Shown: positions 1-14,000, counted from the first letter of the stretch. The stretch is 64,000 nucleotides of DNA from Monocercomonoides exilis PA203 (GCA_001643675.2 LSRY02000064.1:248001-312000), one strand, 5' to 3'. The notes: generated by a model from the sequence alone, not told the origin. Program-made: numbers and translations.

Positions 1-1
1 T

Positions 2-682
2 CTGACTCGACTGGCCTATCAATCTGCCTGGAAGTTTTTGATTTTTAGAATGCGAAAAGACGATAGCTTGGAAGAAGTGATAACGAAAGAACTGCATTTT
101 GCAAGAGAGGTGGCAAGTGAATTAGAAGATCAAATGAAATGTGTGGATTGGAAGAGAGAGAAAGAAGAAAGAGGGAAAGAAACGAAAGAAGAGGTTGCTT
201 TATTGAGATGGCTTGATACAATTAATTGTTTCTTTAACTCATGTAGATCATGGAATGAAGACTTTGCTGGACTTATCAGACGAACTGTTCAGATACTTAG
301 AGCATCAAGAGAAAATTACAAAAAAATTCACGTTAAATGCCTACATTCGATTCAAAGAGCAGCGGAAGAAAAAATCGTGAAAATTGATGACTTACTGAAA
401 GGAGAATCTGTGGATATTATTTTGGAGGAGATTCAGCAGCCAACAACTTATAATAATGCGATGATGAATTGTTTGTATTTCTTTTTGGAAATTTCAGAAA
501 GACTGAAAGAAAAAACAGATAACAAAGCCAATGAAGCGAAAAGAATGGAGTTGAAAAGAAAGATATTTGAAAAGATGGAAGAAAAAGGATACGAAGATAC
601 CATTGCAAGCCTTTATGGAGTGATTTCTTTTGTTTACTTAGATTTAACGAATTATCAAAATATTTTGCAGATTATTTTGTGA
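2..682 (+). CDS. Lineage-specific helical family protein, 3' part (5' end outside the window)
   Basis: The frame is open from base 2 (LTRLAYQSAWKFL...LHFAREVASELE...KMEEKGYEDTI). It is clearly paralogous to the convergent gene at 949-2460. Confidence 0.8.
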   Translation: MTRLAYQSAWKFLIFRMRKDDSLEEVITKELHFAREVASELEDQMKCVDWKREKEERGKETKEEVALLRWLDTINCFFNSCRSWNEDFAGLIRRTVQILRASRENYKKIHVKCLHSIQRAAEEKIVKIDDLLKGESVDIILEEIQQPTTYNNAMMNCLYFFLEISERLKEKTDNKANEAKRMELKRKIFEKMEEKGYEDTIASLYGVISFVYLDLTNYQNILQIIL

Positions 683-840
683 ATATCTGAGAAATTGAAA
701 TGTGTTACACTTTGATGCACAAAAATCAGAAGAACTGCTAAATTTCAGACCAGTTTTCTTTATCCTCCATTACCTTATTTTGAAATTTTTAGCTTTGAAA
801 GCCCAGAATTATTTTTTTAAAAGAGTTTTACGAATATTGG

Positions 841-844
<4 letters not shown>

Positions 845-879
<35 letters not shown>
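845..879. repeat. Poly-T tract (35 nt) between convergent paralogs
   Basis: Uninterrupted T run seen directly. Confidence 0.9.
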
Positions 880-881
<2 letters not shown>

Positions 882-948
882 GAAGTATAATTGCTTTGAC
901 TTTCCCCTTATTCTTTTTAGAAGAGAAAAACAAAGGACAAACTCTTTT

Positions 949-2460
949 TCAATTCTTCAAAAAATAATCAAAAGGATCAGATGATAAATTATAATCATAA
1001 TTGAAATATTCCAATAATTCACTGAAACTTAAAATAATGTCTTCATATCCTTCTTCTTCGCATTTATCATATATCATCCGTTTTATCAACCTAAATGGTG
1101 CCTTTTCTGCATATTCAATTGATTTTTCATTCATCAATTTTAAAGAAGATGTTCCACTTTTTTTAATTTCATTTTGAGAATGTTTTTGATCACCCTCATA
1201 TGAACAGTCTTCCATTTTGCTTGGAAGCGTATGAAAGAAAATAAGGCAGTACTCAGTTGAATAATCATCCAACGTTGACTCGAAAATCATCTTCAAGACG
1301 AACATAACAGACCCACTCTTCCATAAGTAACAAATTGATTTTTCACTGTTCATTTCTTCAAAAAGTTGAATGCAATCTCTTACAACAAAAATAAAATTAT
1401 CCTTCGTTAAATTGCAAATTTTGACAATGCATTCAATTAAATTGGAAAAAATTTCATTCCATAAATGATTGTCCCAAGAAAAATAACTATAGATTGTTGA
1501 GCACCATCTTCGAATAATAAAAACTTCTTTAACCTTTTTTAATTTATTTTCTCTTTTCGTCCAGCAAATATGTTCAGCAAGCTCTTCCAATTCTCTTGTT
1601 GCTTCTCCAGCAAAATGCAAAACATTCACAATTTCATTTTCAATGGTAATGTCCCCCCTTAATCTTTCAATTAAAAATTGCCAAGCGGATTGATATGCAA
1701 GACGAGTCAAATTGTGATGTTCTTGATGATACTCGATGATTTCTAATATCTTCTTTAGGTGCAATTCTTTTTCTGCTTTCTATTGGAGAAAAAAAAAAAA
1801 ATAAAGAAAAAGAAAAAGAAAAATTGATAATCAACTGAGAGAAAAATGGTTGCACACAATATAGTGTGGTAGATTACTTAAAGCTAATAAAGATATTTCA
1901 GCTTCATTTTCCACTTCCTCATTTTTATTTTTGTTTAAATCCGATTTTAAAAGGAATTGTATGCATTTTGAAATGACCTTTTTTGGTGGATCATAGCCCA
2001 ATCCCAGTAATAAAAGATAACATTCGCAACAATCAGTTAGCATAATTTCGCTTTTTCCATTTCTTTTCTTTCTGTAAATTATGATCATCTTTTCCAATCT
2101 TTTTCCAAGAAAAGAATAAGAAATACAATTGTACCAGTCCGTTCTTTGTATTATTTGATGTCCATAATATTTCAACAATTGAACAACGCTTTTAAAAGAC
2201 AACATCTTTTTTGTGATCATTTTATCTATTTCATTGTACTTTTCTTCATTTAAAATATCTACAAGTTCATCTTCATCCATCTCATCAATTATTTCCTTTA
2301 TTTCCTTTATTTTCTGCTTAAGTTCAGCTGGCTTTTTGTTTTTTAATTCATTAATCTTTTCTTCAAAAATGGTTTGTAATGAAAATAAAATATAATAATA
2401 AGCTTGAACAAGAAATAAAATATGCAAACCAAAGTATTTTTTTGTCAATGACATTTGCAC
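949..2460 (-). CDS. Lineage-specific helical family protein, spliced (ORFs 1831-2460 and 949-1764)
   Basis: Shares HHNLTRLAYQSAWQFL, LHFAGEATRELEEL and EEEGYEDII with the gene at 2-682. An AT-rich intron separates the two ORFs. The start codon is uncertain. Confidence 0.75.
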
Positions 2461-2983
2461 TTCACAGATTACGTATTAAAATTTACATAATTGTAAATGT
2501 GCAACAAAAAATTAAAAACAAAAGAATTTACAAATATCTGAAACACTCTCCATGAAAATAATTATCATGTGCAATACACTTTTAGAAAATACAATTTTAT
2601 ACAATGAGAAATTCTGTTTTGGATAAAAAATTTTTGTTTAATATATAATGTTACGGGAAGAAATTGCAGTTTATGAAACAATGTAAAGTTGACACTTTTC
2701 TATTTCTATAAATCAAAAGAAATGAAGAAAAATAATCATTTTCAAAATTTTTATACATCCATAACATGAAAAAAAAAACGATCAATTTCGTTGTTTTTAA
2801 GACTTTGAGAAATGAAGGGAATTTTCACAGTTAAAAAAAATCTTAAAACTGTCGTTTTTCAATGAAAAAATTTCTATTTTATACAAACATTAAAATTACT
2901 CAAACTTCGCATTTTCTTACTGTTCTACATTACTAAGTTATAATTGACTTACAGATCCAAAATTTGATAAATTTTTGATAACA

Positions 2984-3659
2984 ATGATAATTTCTTTATT
3001 ATTATTTGCATCAGCATACGTTTTTTGTGAATGTGAAGAGGAAGAAATCTGTGAAGACGATGGATCTGCTCCACTTTCAAGTTCGATTATTGGTTATTTT
3101 TTTGACTTTTATTTCGTTAAATTTTTTTCAAAAAATCAATATTTTTAAACGAAATATTTTAAAAGATGCACTATGCTGCGGATTTGGAGGTCCGTTTCTT
3201 CCGGGTTTTGGAATTGGTGGAGCTTATGGATCGTATGGAAGCTATGGGGGATATGGAACATATGGAGCAGTAGGCATGCCATTCGGACTTGGGTGTGGCC
3301 TTGGGGGATATGGCCTTGGAGGGTTTGGGATCGGTGAAATGGGATATGGAATGGGAGGGTATGGAATGGGAGGATTTGGATTAGGAGGATTAGGCTATGG
3401 TCTGGGAGGGCTAGGCTACGGATTGGGAGGATATGGTTTGGGAGGATATGGCCTCGGCGGGTATGGGCTAGGTTGTATGGGATACGGGTTAGGGGGATAC
3501 GGACTCGGGGGATACGGGTTAGGGGGATATGGACTTGGTGGATTCGGACTTGGAGGATATGGTCTTGGAGGTATTGGTGTGGGAGGTTATTCATCGGGAT
3601 ATTCTACAGGCTATTCAGCTGGAGGCATGATGTCTCCATTTGGATTCGGTATCATTTAA
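2984..3659 (+). CDS. Secreted Gly/Tyr-rich GGYGL-repeat protein (exons 2984-3080, 3166-3659)
   Basis: Exon 1 reads MIISLLLFASAYVFC (signal-peptide-like) followed by an acidic stretch. Intron 3081-3165 (GTTCGA...AAAAG) joins in frame to tandem GGYGL/GGFGL/GGYGM pentapeptides. Confidence 0.8.
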
Positions 3660-3897
3660 TAAAACGAAATATTACAATTCCAATTTTTCCAATACAAATC
3701 ATTAAACAAATATTTTTTAAAATTTGAATTGAGTATTTTTGAAGTATTTTTATTTGAAATATCTAAAACATTAGAATGACTTTTTGCTTGAAAAAGTTCC
3801 ACGTCACTATGAAATATGTTGATCTTCTTATCATAAATTGACAGTAAAAGAGAAAAAAAATTTTTTTTTCAGTGGAAAGAATTACCCATTACAAATA

Positions 3898-6800
3898 ATG
3901 ACATTATCAATTGATAGTGATCGCATTTTTCAATTTTTCACTCAACCTCGACTCCATGGAGTATATAACCAACGCGGAGAGCCAATTAAATTCGAGGGAA
4001 TTAGTTGTATTGCTGGCAAAAATGATTTTCTTTTTTGTGGCTGTCAGGTTTTAACTATTCGTTTTTTTAGTAATATTTCGAATTATAATTGTTTTATTCA
4101 CAAAAAAGAATGGATCTATCAAATTCATAAGAAAATATGTTTGCAAATTATTCATTTATAAAAAAAATTTTTTTTGCATGCCAATTTGAATTTTAATAAA
4201 AAATAGAAAGGAATTTTATTGGCTCAAGATATTACCGCGCATGATTCTTGCGTGTTGTACATTTGCATCACGCATGAACGAGATTATTTATGTTTGAAAA
4301 ATTTGAAATAGAACCTTCTTTATTTTCATCACTCGCGAAATTTAAAGTTTCTTTTGCTGATGATAAAGAAACAGGGCACATAAAAATGCTAATTTGGAAA
4401 ATCAGTCACTTATTGTGCCAGAAGTTTGATCCGATTAAAAAGTATATTTTTGAAAGACCTGGAAATGTATGAATGTTTTTTGTTCAATCGAATTATTATA
4501 TTGAGACTATTTTTATTTAAAGCCTAAGTTAACTGCAGTGTCGTGTTGTTCAAGTGGACGTCAAGTAGCTTTAGGATTTTCCAACGGTGAAACGTTGGCT
4601 GTTCAACTCGGAAATTTTGATATGTATGAAGAGTCCAGCAAAGAAGACAATTCATCAACGAGCAACAAAGGAATGTTGTTATACGGTCCAACAGAAGGTA
4701 TTCCAAAGTCGCTTATTCCAGAAAGTTGGATTGGTATGAGAATAATTTTATTTTTAAAAAATGAATTAGACAAAAAACTCTTTCAAATTGATTTATAAAT
4801 GAATTATCAACCATTTATTCTTTTAAATTAATTTTTTTTTTTGAAAAATTGTAAATACAACAGCAGATAAACCTGTGACAACTTCTGGAGAGCAAGGCGA
4901 TGCCCACAAGCAGAGTTCTGGACCCTCAAAAGCAGTTACATCGCTCTTCTTTGCGGAAGACAAAGATTCCTCGGCTGCTGATACAACAGCATCAGCAGCA
5001 GCAAACACTTCACAGTCTTCTTCTTCTGCGCTGCAAACATCATATGCGCTTTTTATTGCTAATGCAGTCTGCGTCAGAGCTGTGCAGACAACCCCCTTTG
5101 CTTCCAAAATGAATCAAATAGTATGAATGAAAGATATTTATTGTTGAATTATTTAATATAATTTTATATCAAACATCATTCCGTTTTGGTGCAATGAAAT
5201 AATCTGTCAAACTTTCTTGAATTGTCTGCTATTTGTGCTTTTCTCTCAGGAAGTTGTTGATTATGTTGGCTTGTCAAATCCAACGAATGGCTGTGGAAAT
5301 CAGAGCGGGCACTTCTTAACACCAAATAGTCAGGTAAGAATTAATTAATCTATCGCATAATTTTGGATATTCATACACGCTTGTTTATTTTCATGACTTG
5401 TGCAAATCAGAAAAAAAAATTTTTTTGAGTTTTTTTGAGTTTTTTGAAAATTTGGATGCTTATGCAATTTGACTTTAAAATTCAACAATTTTTTTAACTT
5501 CCTTTTCAAATCATATTTTTGTATTTGTATTATCCACATTTTTTATTGGAATTTTTTCCCCCTATATATGTTTTTCTTTTGCTTTTCTTATCTTATCTTA
5601 TCTTTTCTTTTCTTGATAGGGCATACGCACCATTCTGTTCTCAAGCAGAGACAGAACATTCATCATCGGAAACACTTTTGCTGTTTTAGACGAAATCACT
5701 TCATTCGCCACATACAATTCATATTGCATCACCACCACACAAAAACGCGCTGCTGCCTCTTCTCCTTCTTCCACAGCATGTACACTCACTGTCTTTGACC
5801 CAAATCTTCGCTTCATTGCATTCACTGCGCCTGTCTTTCCGAACCCTCCGCCATCCACTCCAACTTCAACCTCAGTTGCCTTTTCTGCCTCTTCGTCTCC
5901 TTCTTCTTCTCACACTTCATCGTCAACATCGTCTGCTTCTTCTTCTACCTCTCCATTTCACTCATCTGTGAATATGCACAATTCTTCGATCGAGTCAAAG
6001 CTGTTTGGCTCTGTCGTGTCTGTCGTTCCTGTCTTTGAAGGACTGGCAATTTTGACGCACGCTCCTCGTCAGCAGCTGTCATCTCCATCTTCATTTGCTT
6101 CTTCACCTTCGGAATCCACTTCGCAATCCACTTCCCCTTCTTCTTCTGCCTCTTCATCTGCACTTGCTGATTTCGAGTGCAGACTGTATTTGATCTTCGA
6201 GAAGGACTTTGCGTTGAAGAGGCGGGTGCTGGCAGAGCGCGGGAAGATGGACATTGCAATTGGGATGAACAAGCTGAGGTGCTCAGACGGGCTTCTGTCA
6301 GAGACATTTCTGGGCGCAGCTGCGCGGCCAAAGGGCAGCACAGCCACAACAGCAGCACCACAGCCATCGGCACTGTCCTTGAAAGGGCCAGCGTCTTTGG
6401 GGCGAGATTTGGAGGCAGCGCTGAGCGGGTCGTCGTCGGCGCTGCATCCGTCGCTGCATTCGTTTGTGCAGGGGCATCTGCACAGCGAGCAAGCAGTGGG
6501 TGTGCTGGAGGGGCATGCGTGGGACACAGACGCGGGGGGTGCGGGGGAGGCGTTCGTGCGGTCGATTGGGTGTGTGCAGCCGAGCATTGCGATTGAGCGG
6601 CTGCTGACGTGGAGGCGGGTGGATGTGCTGGCAGACTATCTGCTGGCGCTGCACTCGTTCACGGAGAGTGTGGAGCGGGAGAAGGCGAGGGCGAAGGCAG
6701 CAGGGGTGAAAGAGGCAGGTGGGGATGGAGTGTGGAGAAGGAGGGAACGGCAGGTGCAGGCAGAGCGGGATCCGCTTTGTGCAGCAATTCCGCTGGAGGA

Positions 6801-9800
6801 GCTGACAGCGACGAAGGAGCACACAACGCTTCTGATCAACTGCCTGACGAAGATGCAGCAGCAGAAGAGGCTGAACGACTTTTTCGACCGTTCTTTTTCG
6901 ATCAGTTCATCAAGTTCATCATCATCAAGCTCATCATCATCAAGCTCATCATCATCATTCTCATTCGACATCAACACAGCCATCCGGGTGTGTTTCCAGG
7001 CAGGGTTTGAGAGCGAGGCGCTGCGGCTGGCAGACAAAGCAGGGAGGCAGGAGTGGTCGCTGCGGATTATGCTGGAAGGGAACCTCGGGGAGGAAGAGAT
7101 CAGGGAGCTGTGGAGGCGAGAAATGGAGAAGGAGAAGAAGGAGAAGAGGGAAAAGGAGAAAGGAGGATGGGGGAGTGGAGTGTCTTCGCTTTCTGCCTCT
7201 TCATCATCATCATCATCGTTGGGGAAGATGGGCAGCTCATCGAGCTATGGGGGTGTGAGTGGCGGGTGTGAGTCAGAAGTGCCAGCAGCATCGCTTGTGC
7301 CGCTGCTGGCGCTTGGGAGGATCCGGTCGCTGAGAGACAGCGGGCAGCGGGAGATGCTTGTGCTGAAGTATGGGAAGCAGCTGCTGAGCAAAGAGAGGGA
7401 GAAGACGACAGAGCTGCTGATTGAGATGTGCACAACAGGGCTGGGGAATAGAAAAGAGGCAGGAAAAGGAGCAGGGGTTGGGAGCAGCAAGAGAGGAGAA
7501 GAAGCGACTGGGAGCAAAATGGAAAAAGATGGGAATGTTGGAGCATCTCCTTCACCGTCTCCTTCCCCTTCTCCATCTCCTTCCCCTTCTCCATCACCTT
7601 CTCCTTCACCATCATTGTCGCCTTCATTGTCATCGGGAGGGATGCTGATTGGTGAGGCAGGGCAGGCGGGGGAGAGCAGAAGGCGGAGGGGAGTGACGGC
7701 TGTGGAGAATGTGATCCATCTTTTTGTGGATCAGCCGGCGATGCTGATCACATTCCAGCTGGAGTGCCAGCGGCAGAACCCGAACCAATCGAAGCAGTTT
7801 TATCACCAGCTGATTGAGACGCTGCTGCGAAGTCCGGTTTGTTTCTGCTTTGTATATTTTATTTTATTTTATTTTGTTTAATTTTTTGTTTGGGGAAAAA
7901 GGATCTGAGTGGGGTGCATTTGGAGAACAACCCGCACATCGAGCGTGTCCGGAGGTCGTCGTGTGTGTTTGAGAAGTGCAGTTTGGAGGAGCTGCGCTCG
8001 GAGGTTGTGCGGCAGAGGCGGGAGATTGTTCGGCAGCTGATAGTGTCGTTCTGGCGGGAGATGGAGATGGGGGTGGTGCTGGAGGTGTGCAAAGACAACC
8101 AGTTTGAGGGCGGGGTGATGGCGGTGTATGAGAAGGCGCACATGTACTCGGAGATGGTGGAGTATCAGATGGAGGGCGGGCGGAGCAAGGAGGCGATGCG
8201 GAGGGAGCGGCAGGTGCGGAGGCGGAAGATGGCCGAAGAGGAGAAGGAGGCAGCGCTGGCGAGGGAGAAGAGCAAGCAAGGCAAGAAGAGCACAGACGAT
8301 GGTGGAGAAAGGGGTGAGAAAGAGGAGGACGAAGAAGAGGAAGAAGAAGAAAAAGAATATGATGATGATTCAGATGATTTCTCTGATGAAAGTGAAAGTG
8401 AAAGTGAATATGAAGAAGAGGAGGAGGAAGATGAAGAAGAGGAAGAGGAAGAGGAGGAAGAACGCAAAAATGGAGATGAAATGAATAAAGATGAGCAGAA
8501 TGGGGTGGTTGGGGAAGGGAAGGAGGACGGAGAAGGAAAGAAAGGAGGAAAAGAAAAGAAAAAAAAGAAAGCCTGGAGGGAAGAATGGGAAGGGATGAGA
8601 CAAGCAGAAGAGCAGAGATACATTGCGATGGTTCAGACATGCGAAGAGCATGGGATTCCGAAAGAAGTGTGTGGGAGGGGAGAGAGTGGGAGAGGGAAAG
8701 GATGCGAAAGGAGAATGTTTTGATTGAAATGAAATGTAATTTGCGTTTTCTTTTCTTTTCTTTTCTTTTATTTGTTTTTGTGGATTGGTTAATTGTTATA
8801 TTTTTTGATTAAAAACTTATATTGGAAAAAACATTTCAGGGAATGTTTTCAGACATCAACTTGTGGGGAAAGTGCCTGAAGTTTCTGTGCAGCCTTCGAG
8901 CAAAGAAAGGAGAATGCGACCGAGAGCTGAGGGACAAATACATCAAGATCCTTCTGGAGAGTATGACTTTTGTGCTTGGGGAGTGAGTGAGAGGTGAAAA
9001 GATGAAGAATTATTTTTCATTTTTATTTTCGTTTTCAGTTGTTGAAGTTGAATGTCTGATACGAATTTTTAACTCTGTTGAAATCATTTATTTATTGAAT
9101 GATATGGGTTTTCTATTTTTCTATTTTTTCGATGCAATGCTTGGGCGATGCTGTGTCAGAGATGAGGCAGATACCAGAGCTGCCTGCACTGCCCACGATT
9201 GAGGTGCTGGCGCAGAAGAAAGAGATGAGGCTGGGGATTGTGAAGGAGTTTGTTGGGAAATGCCGGGAAGAGCAGAGGGAGCAGATCAGAAGAGAAATGG
9301 GGCAGTGCTACGAGCTGATGGAGTCGATCCGGATGAGGAACAGGAAGACGCGGGAGCTGCAGAATGTGTATGCAGATTATGCGTTTATTTCTCCATTATA
9401 TTCGATGTTTTTATCTTTCTTTCTTTCATTCTTTCAATTTTTGAAACAATGTGGATGCGAATGGGGATGACGTGATGATGATGATGATGTGTGGGGAGCA
9501 GCACACAAGTGTTTGGGAGCGGGGTCTGCACGCGGTGCGGAGGTGGGCTGGATGTGCCGTGTGTGATGTTTATGTGTGGGCATGCCTTCCACAAGCGGTG
9601 CTTGATGGACGAGTCTGTGTGCAACGAGTGTGCAGCGAGCGAGCGGGACATCCGCCAGCGGCTGGGGGCGATCAGGCAGCGAGTGGTGGGGAACGAGGAT
9701 ATGCCTCAACATCAGCCAGCACCATCTTCATCATCATCATCTTCTTCTTCTTCAGCGGCTGCGGCAGCAGCATCGATGCTGACAACTTCTTCGGGTGCTG

Positions 9801-10370
9801 GGCTGGCAATGGGATTGCCATCAGGTGGTGGGCAGGGGTTGAATGGGCGAGCGTCTTATCTTCAGGCATTGCCAGGTGGAGGATTGGCAGTGGAGACGGG
9901 GCTGCCGTTGGGAGGCGGAGCGGGTGGGATGGGGAAAGAGGGCAGGGCAGGGAGAAGCAGCGGGGCGAGAGACTTTGAGACGTTCATGGCAGAGGCATCG
10001 AGCGGCGGGCTGGATGTGATTGTGGATTATTTTGGAAAGGGGCTGCTGAATCGGGTGTGGTTTTTGGTTATTATTTTCTTTCTTTTTCTTTTTTTTATTT
10101 CTTTTGTGCGAGAGGAAAGAGTTTGTTTGAAAAGTGTGTGAGAGAGATGGGAAAGGATTTGATTTTATCTTTGTTTTGTTTTGCTTTGTTTTGTTTTGAT
10201 TTGATTTGATTTTTTCTTTTTTGGAAATTAATTTGTTCAATTTTCAATTTTTGTCTTTTTGCATGTGAAAAACGAAATGTGGACTGAATGTGGGGCAGGT
10301 GTTGTATCTTTCAGATGAGCAGGAAGCAGCCGACAGGCAAGTGGTGGAGGCTTCGTTTGTGCAGACTTGA
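3898..10370 (+). CDS. VPS11: Vacuolar protein sorting 11 (HOPS/CORVET core), multi-exon
   Basis: Contains a clathrin-repeat-like region (LADYLLALH...TKEHTTLLINCLTK, KYGKQLL...TTELLIEMCT, IHLFVDQP) and a C-terminal RING (CTRCGGGLDVPCVMFMCGHAFHKRC...CNEC), then DVIVDYFGKGL. The last exon is tentative. Confidence 0.85.
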
Positions 10371-11070
10371 GCTCATGGAGCGTGAGGAGGTGTGAGCGCT
10401 CTTATGATGATGATGAAGCTGTTTCATGAATTTGCCTTGGTTGAATGGTGCAGATTTGCAATCAATGATTGGTTTTGGGCAATCTAGCATTGAAGCATTG
10501 GGTATGTGAAGTTGGGAAAGAGTGGAAGGTTGGCATGGGAGCATGACTTTGGAGTGGGATGGAGTGGAGTGCAGGAAAGAATGCAAAAGGATTCGTTTTG
10601 TGATTGCTGAGCAATGAGCTGGGACAGCAGCGATTGAGGCAAGGGAATGAAGTTTCGTCCATTCCTTATTTTCTTTATTTTCTTTTTAATTCTTTTATTT
10701 ATTTATTGTTTCGTTTTTCAATTTTGACTTTATAATTTTATATTTTGCAAGAATCATCCCCTTGGACATTTGAGGAGTGTTTTTTGTTTGAAGGCAGAGA
10801 AGGAGAAAATAAAAGGGAAGAAAAGAAGTTGCAAAGCCAATCGAAAACACATTCAAAAGCTCACAGCTGATGTTATTTCCAGTGGAACATCCAAAAAACG
10901 AATTCTGATCTGTATTTATTTTGTGTTTGTGCTGCTGGGCTTTTCTTATTGCGGTGAGATGCCTTGGCAAAATGAAGGAGGAAAGGTATTATTTGTGAGG
11001 GTGATGTGAGACGATTAAGGGTGAAATGAAATGTGTGATAAAGGTTGTGATCGAGAACAAAAGTTCAAAA

Positions 11071-14000
11071 ATGGAGCTGCTCTTTCTATTTCTGCTTGGA
11101 TTCACCTCGTTGCTCTGTCTGAGTGAGGGTGCGTTTCAGTGTGATCCACTCCTGGGGTGTCAATGGACTCGGCTGGAGCTGATGTTTGGTGTGAAGAACT
11201 CGAGTGTGAAGGCAGAGGGATTTGCTCAGACAGGAAGGAGGCAGGAGTGCCTGTGGAGGATTTGGCAGAACTCGCGTGTCCTTGTTGGAGATAGCACCAT
11301 CAGTGCAGCAGCGGACATTGCAGCAGTGTTTGAAGTGAAATCGAGCGATATTATGTTGAAGAACATTTCATTATTTTCAGCTCAAGAAAGTCAGCCTTTT
11401 CCTGAGCTGATTTCGAGTTTGCCCTTCGATGATGGAATTGGCAGATACGGGGTGCTTGAGGCATCACTTTCGAGGATTGAAGAGATGGTATTGGAGTCAG
11501 GACCGCTCTTCTCTTCGCCTGCATTTCGTTCAGTTGGGATCAGGGAATGTGTGTTCAGGAACATGAGTGTGGCAGCAGGGAAAGGGATCGGGTGCGAGGG
11601 GTCAGGGAGGGAAGACATTTCCATTGGAAGCAGCGACTTCAGGAGTGTGTGTGATGTGTTCACGGGCGGGATTGTTGATGGGATGCATGGGCAGTCACTC
11701 AGCTTGTGGAACAACACCCACTTTGGTTGCACACGCTCGCTGGAGAACGGAACACGGAGGATATTGGCAGTTGACACAACTATTCGATCAGAGCGTTTTG
11801 AAAATCAAAAAACAGAGTCAACATCAACTAGCACATGGACAACCACAGATTCGGGGAGTTGTGTATTTTTAAGGCACAACAGCAGTGCCAGTTTGAGTGT
11901 TTCTGGGAGCATCTTCCAGAACTGCACTTGTGGATACTGTGGAGGTGCAATCATGTGCCAGAACATAAGTTCGGTCGTGATTACAAATTCGTCGTTCAAT
12001 GTCTGTCGAGCAGAATTTCTGGGACATGGAGGGGCATTGTTCATGAACAGCATTGGTGGCTGCTATTTCTTTTCTTCCATTTCGTTTAATTCATGCAAAA
12101 CAAATCTATTTGGTGGATGCGCACTTTTCTACACTGTTCCGGTTCCATCGTTGTCGAATTGCATCACAGACGAACAGAATGGAGAAATGAGTGAAAAGTT
12201 TCAATTCAGCGATCTTTCTTGCCGCAATTGCTCATCCAAGAACACAGGTGCTTTTTCCATGTTAAACGAGATTTCTTCATTTTTTGGGATGCGAAACTGC
12301 CTGTTTGAAGGATGCTCTATTTTGGGAGAGGATACTGGAGGGGCATTGTCGATCACTTCGAACGGACTGACAAAAGATAATCCGCAGCTGTTTTTCTTCT
12401 GCCTTTTCTTCAACAACACAGCAACTCGGGCAGGATTCGGCCACGATGTGTGTTTGAATGATGAGGGAAGTCGGATGAAGACGATATCTCCGTTTGTGGA
12501 GTCGTTGACACTGACGAAGGGAGGCAAGCAGCTTGCACACTGCAACAGCACATGCCATGCGAACAGTGAGTGGCTTCGGTATGGGTTTGCAAAGAGAATT
12601 GTTGCAGGAGAAGAGGGGATGGACAGGGAAGAGTGCGGGTGGAGTGATGGGGCAGGATGCAGGACAGTGAAATATGCAGTGGAAAGTGAGTTGAGCATGG
12701 AAGGGTGCGTAGTGAATGTGAGGGGTGGAGAGCACACAGAATTCACGCAAGATGGGATTGCTGCAGGAGTGAAAACAGTGAGGATCAGAGGGAGTGAGGA
12801 AGGCGGAGGAGGCACTCGATTTGTTGTGGTGCAGGTGGGAAGTGGGCATGCCCTGTTCTCGGTTTCGTCAGGGAAGCTGAGTGTTGAGAGTGTGAGTGTT
12901 GAATACGATTCAGATGTGGGATCGATTGTTGGGAGAGTAACAGAGGGGGAGGGGATGCTGTCACTTGTGAGGGTGCAGATCAACTCTTCAACATCGACAG
13001 TGTCCCATCCGTTTGGAGTGTCATTGTTCCAGGTTGAGAAAGGAAGTTTGTATGTGGAGGGATGTCAGCTGAGCTCGTTGTGTGTGTCTGATGTTCCGCT
13101 TGTGCGTTTGTCTGCTTTGTCTGCGTTCAGGAATGCGAACGCCACATACCAGTCGATTACGCGTGTGAGAGGGAGTGGGTGTGTGATGGAAAGAGAGGTG
13201 GGTGAGGGAGACGAGGTGGAGATGGATAATGTGACACTGAGTCAGTGCATGTGCCTGGACGGGGATGGTGGGGCGATTGCACTCACACTGAGATCGACAG
13301 GGAAAGTGAGGGTTGGGGTGAGCGAGGGCGTGATATTCAGCAGTTGCACTGTTCCAGCTGATGGAACGAAAAAGGGGAAAGGGGGAGGAGTGTATCTGAG
13401 GTTGGTTGGGGGTGGATGTGGATTTGTGCTGGATCGAGTGAGTTTTTCCGAGTGTGGAGCATGGAAAGGGAGGAATGTGTTTGTGAAGGCGGACAATCTG
13501 TCTGGAGTGATCACAGGATCAAGTGTGAGGTTTGAAGTGACAGGGACGGAAGACGAGGATTTGATGGGGTTTGAGGAGGGGTGTGGAGCAGAAGCAGTTC
13601 CTCTGAAAGCGTATTTGGCAGGATTTGGAGGGAGCGGGTATGTTGGGGGAGCAGGGGAGCTTGACTTCAGCGGGTGTGGAACAGCAGCATATCCGTGCGA
13701 GACGATCAGGCGAGCTGTGAGTGTGCTGTTTGAGGGGAAGAAGCGGAAGGTGATTCTGAATGAGGGGTTCAGATGGAGGGAGGCGGTGGGGATGGAGGAG
13801 CAGGAGTGGGATGTGAAGTGTGTTGCAGAGGATACGAACATTGTGGTTGCTCCAGTGGGGAGCTTGGCTGAAGAGGCGGTTGTTGTTGTGTCGAGTGCGA
13901 AAGCGAGCTTCACCAACATCCGTTTTTCGTTTGGGAGCTCAGGGAGTGGGCACTTCAAGAGGTGGATTCTGTGCAAGGGCGGGGAAGCGAGCATGTCGTA

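Noticed and set aside
3290-3580. 15-bp periodic repeat resembling an array or CRISPR
   Set aside because: It is a coding GGYGL repeat with synonymous variation, with no spacers and no cas genes.
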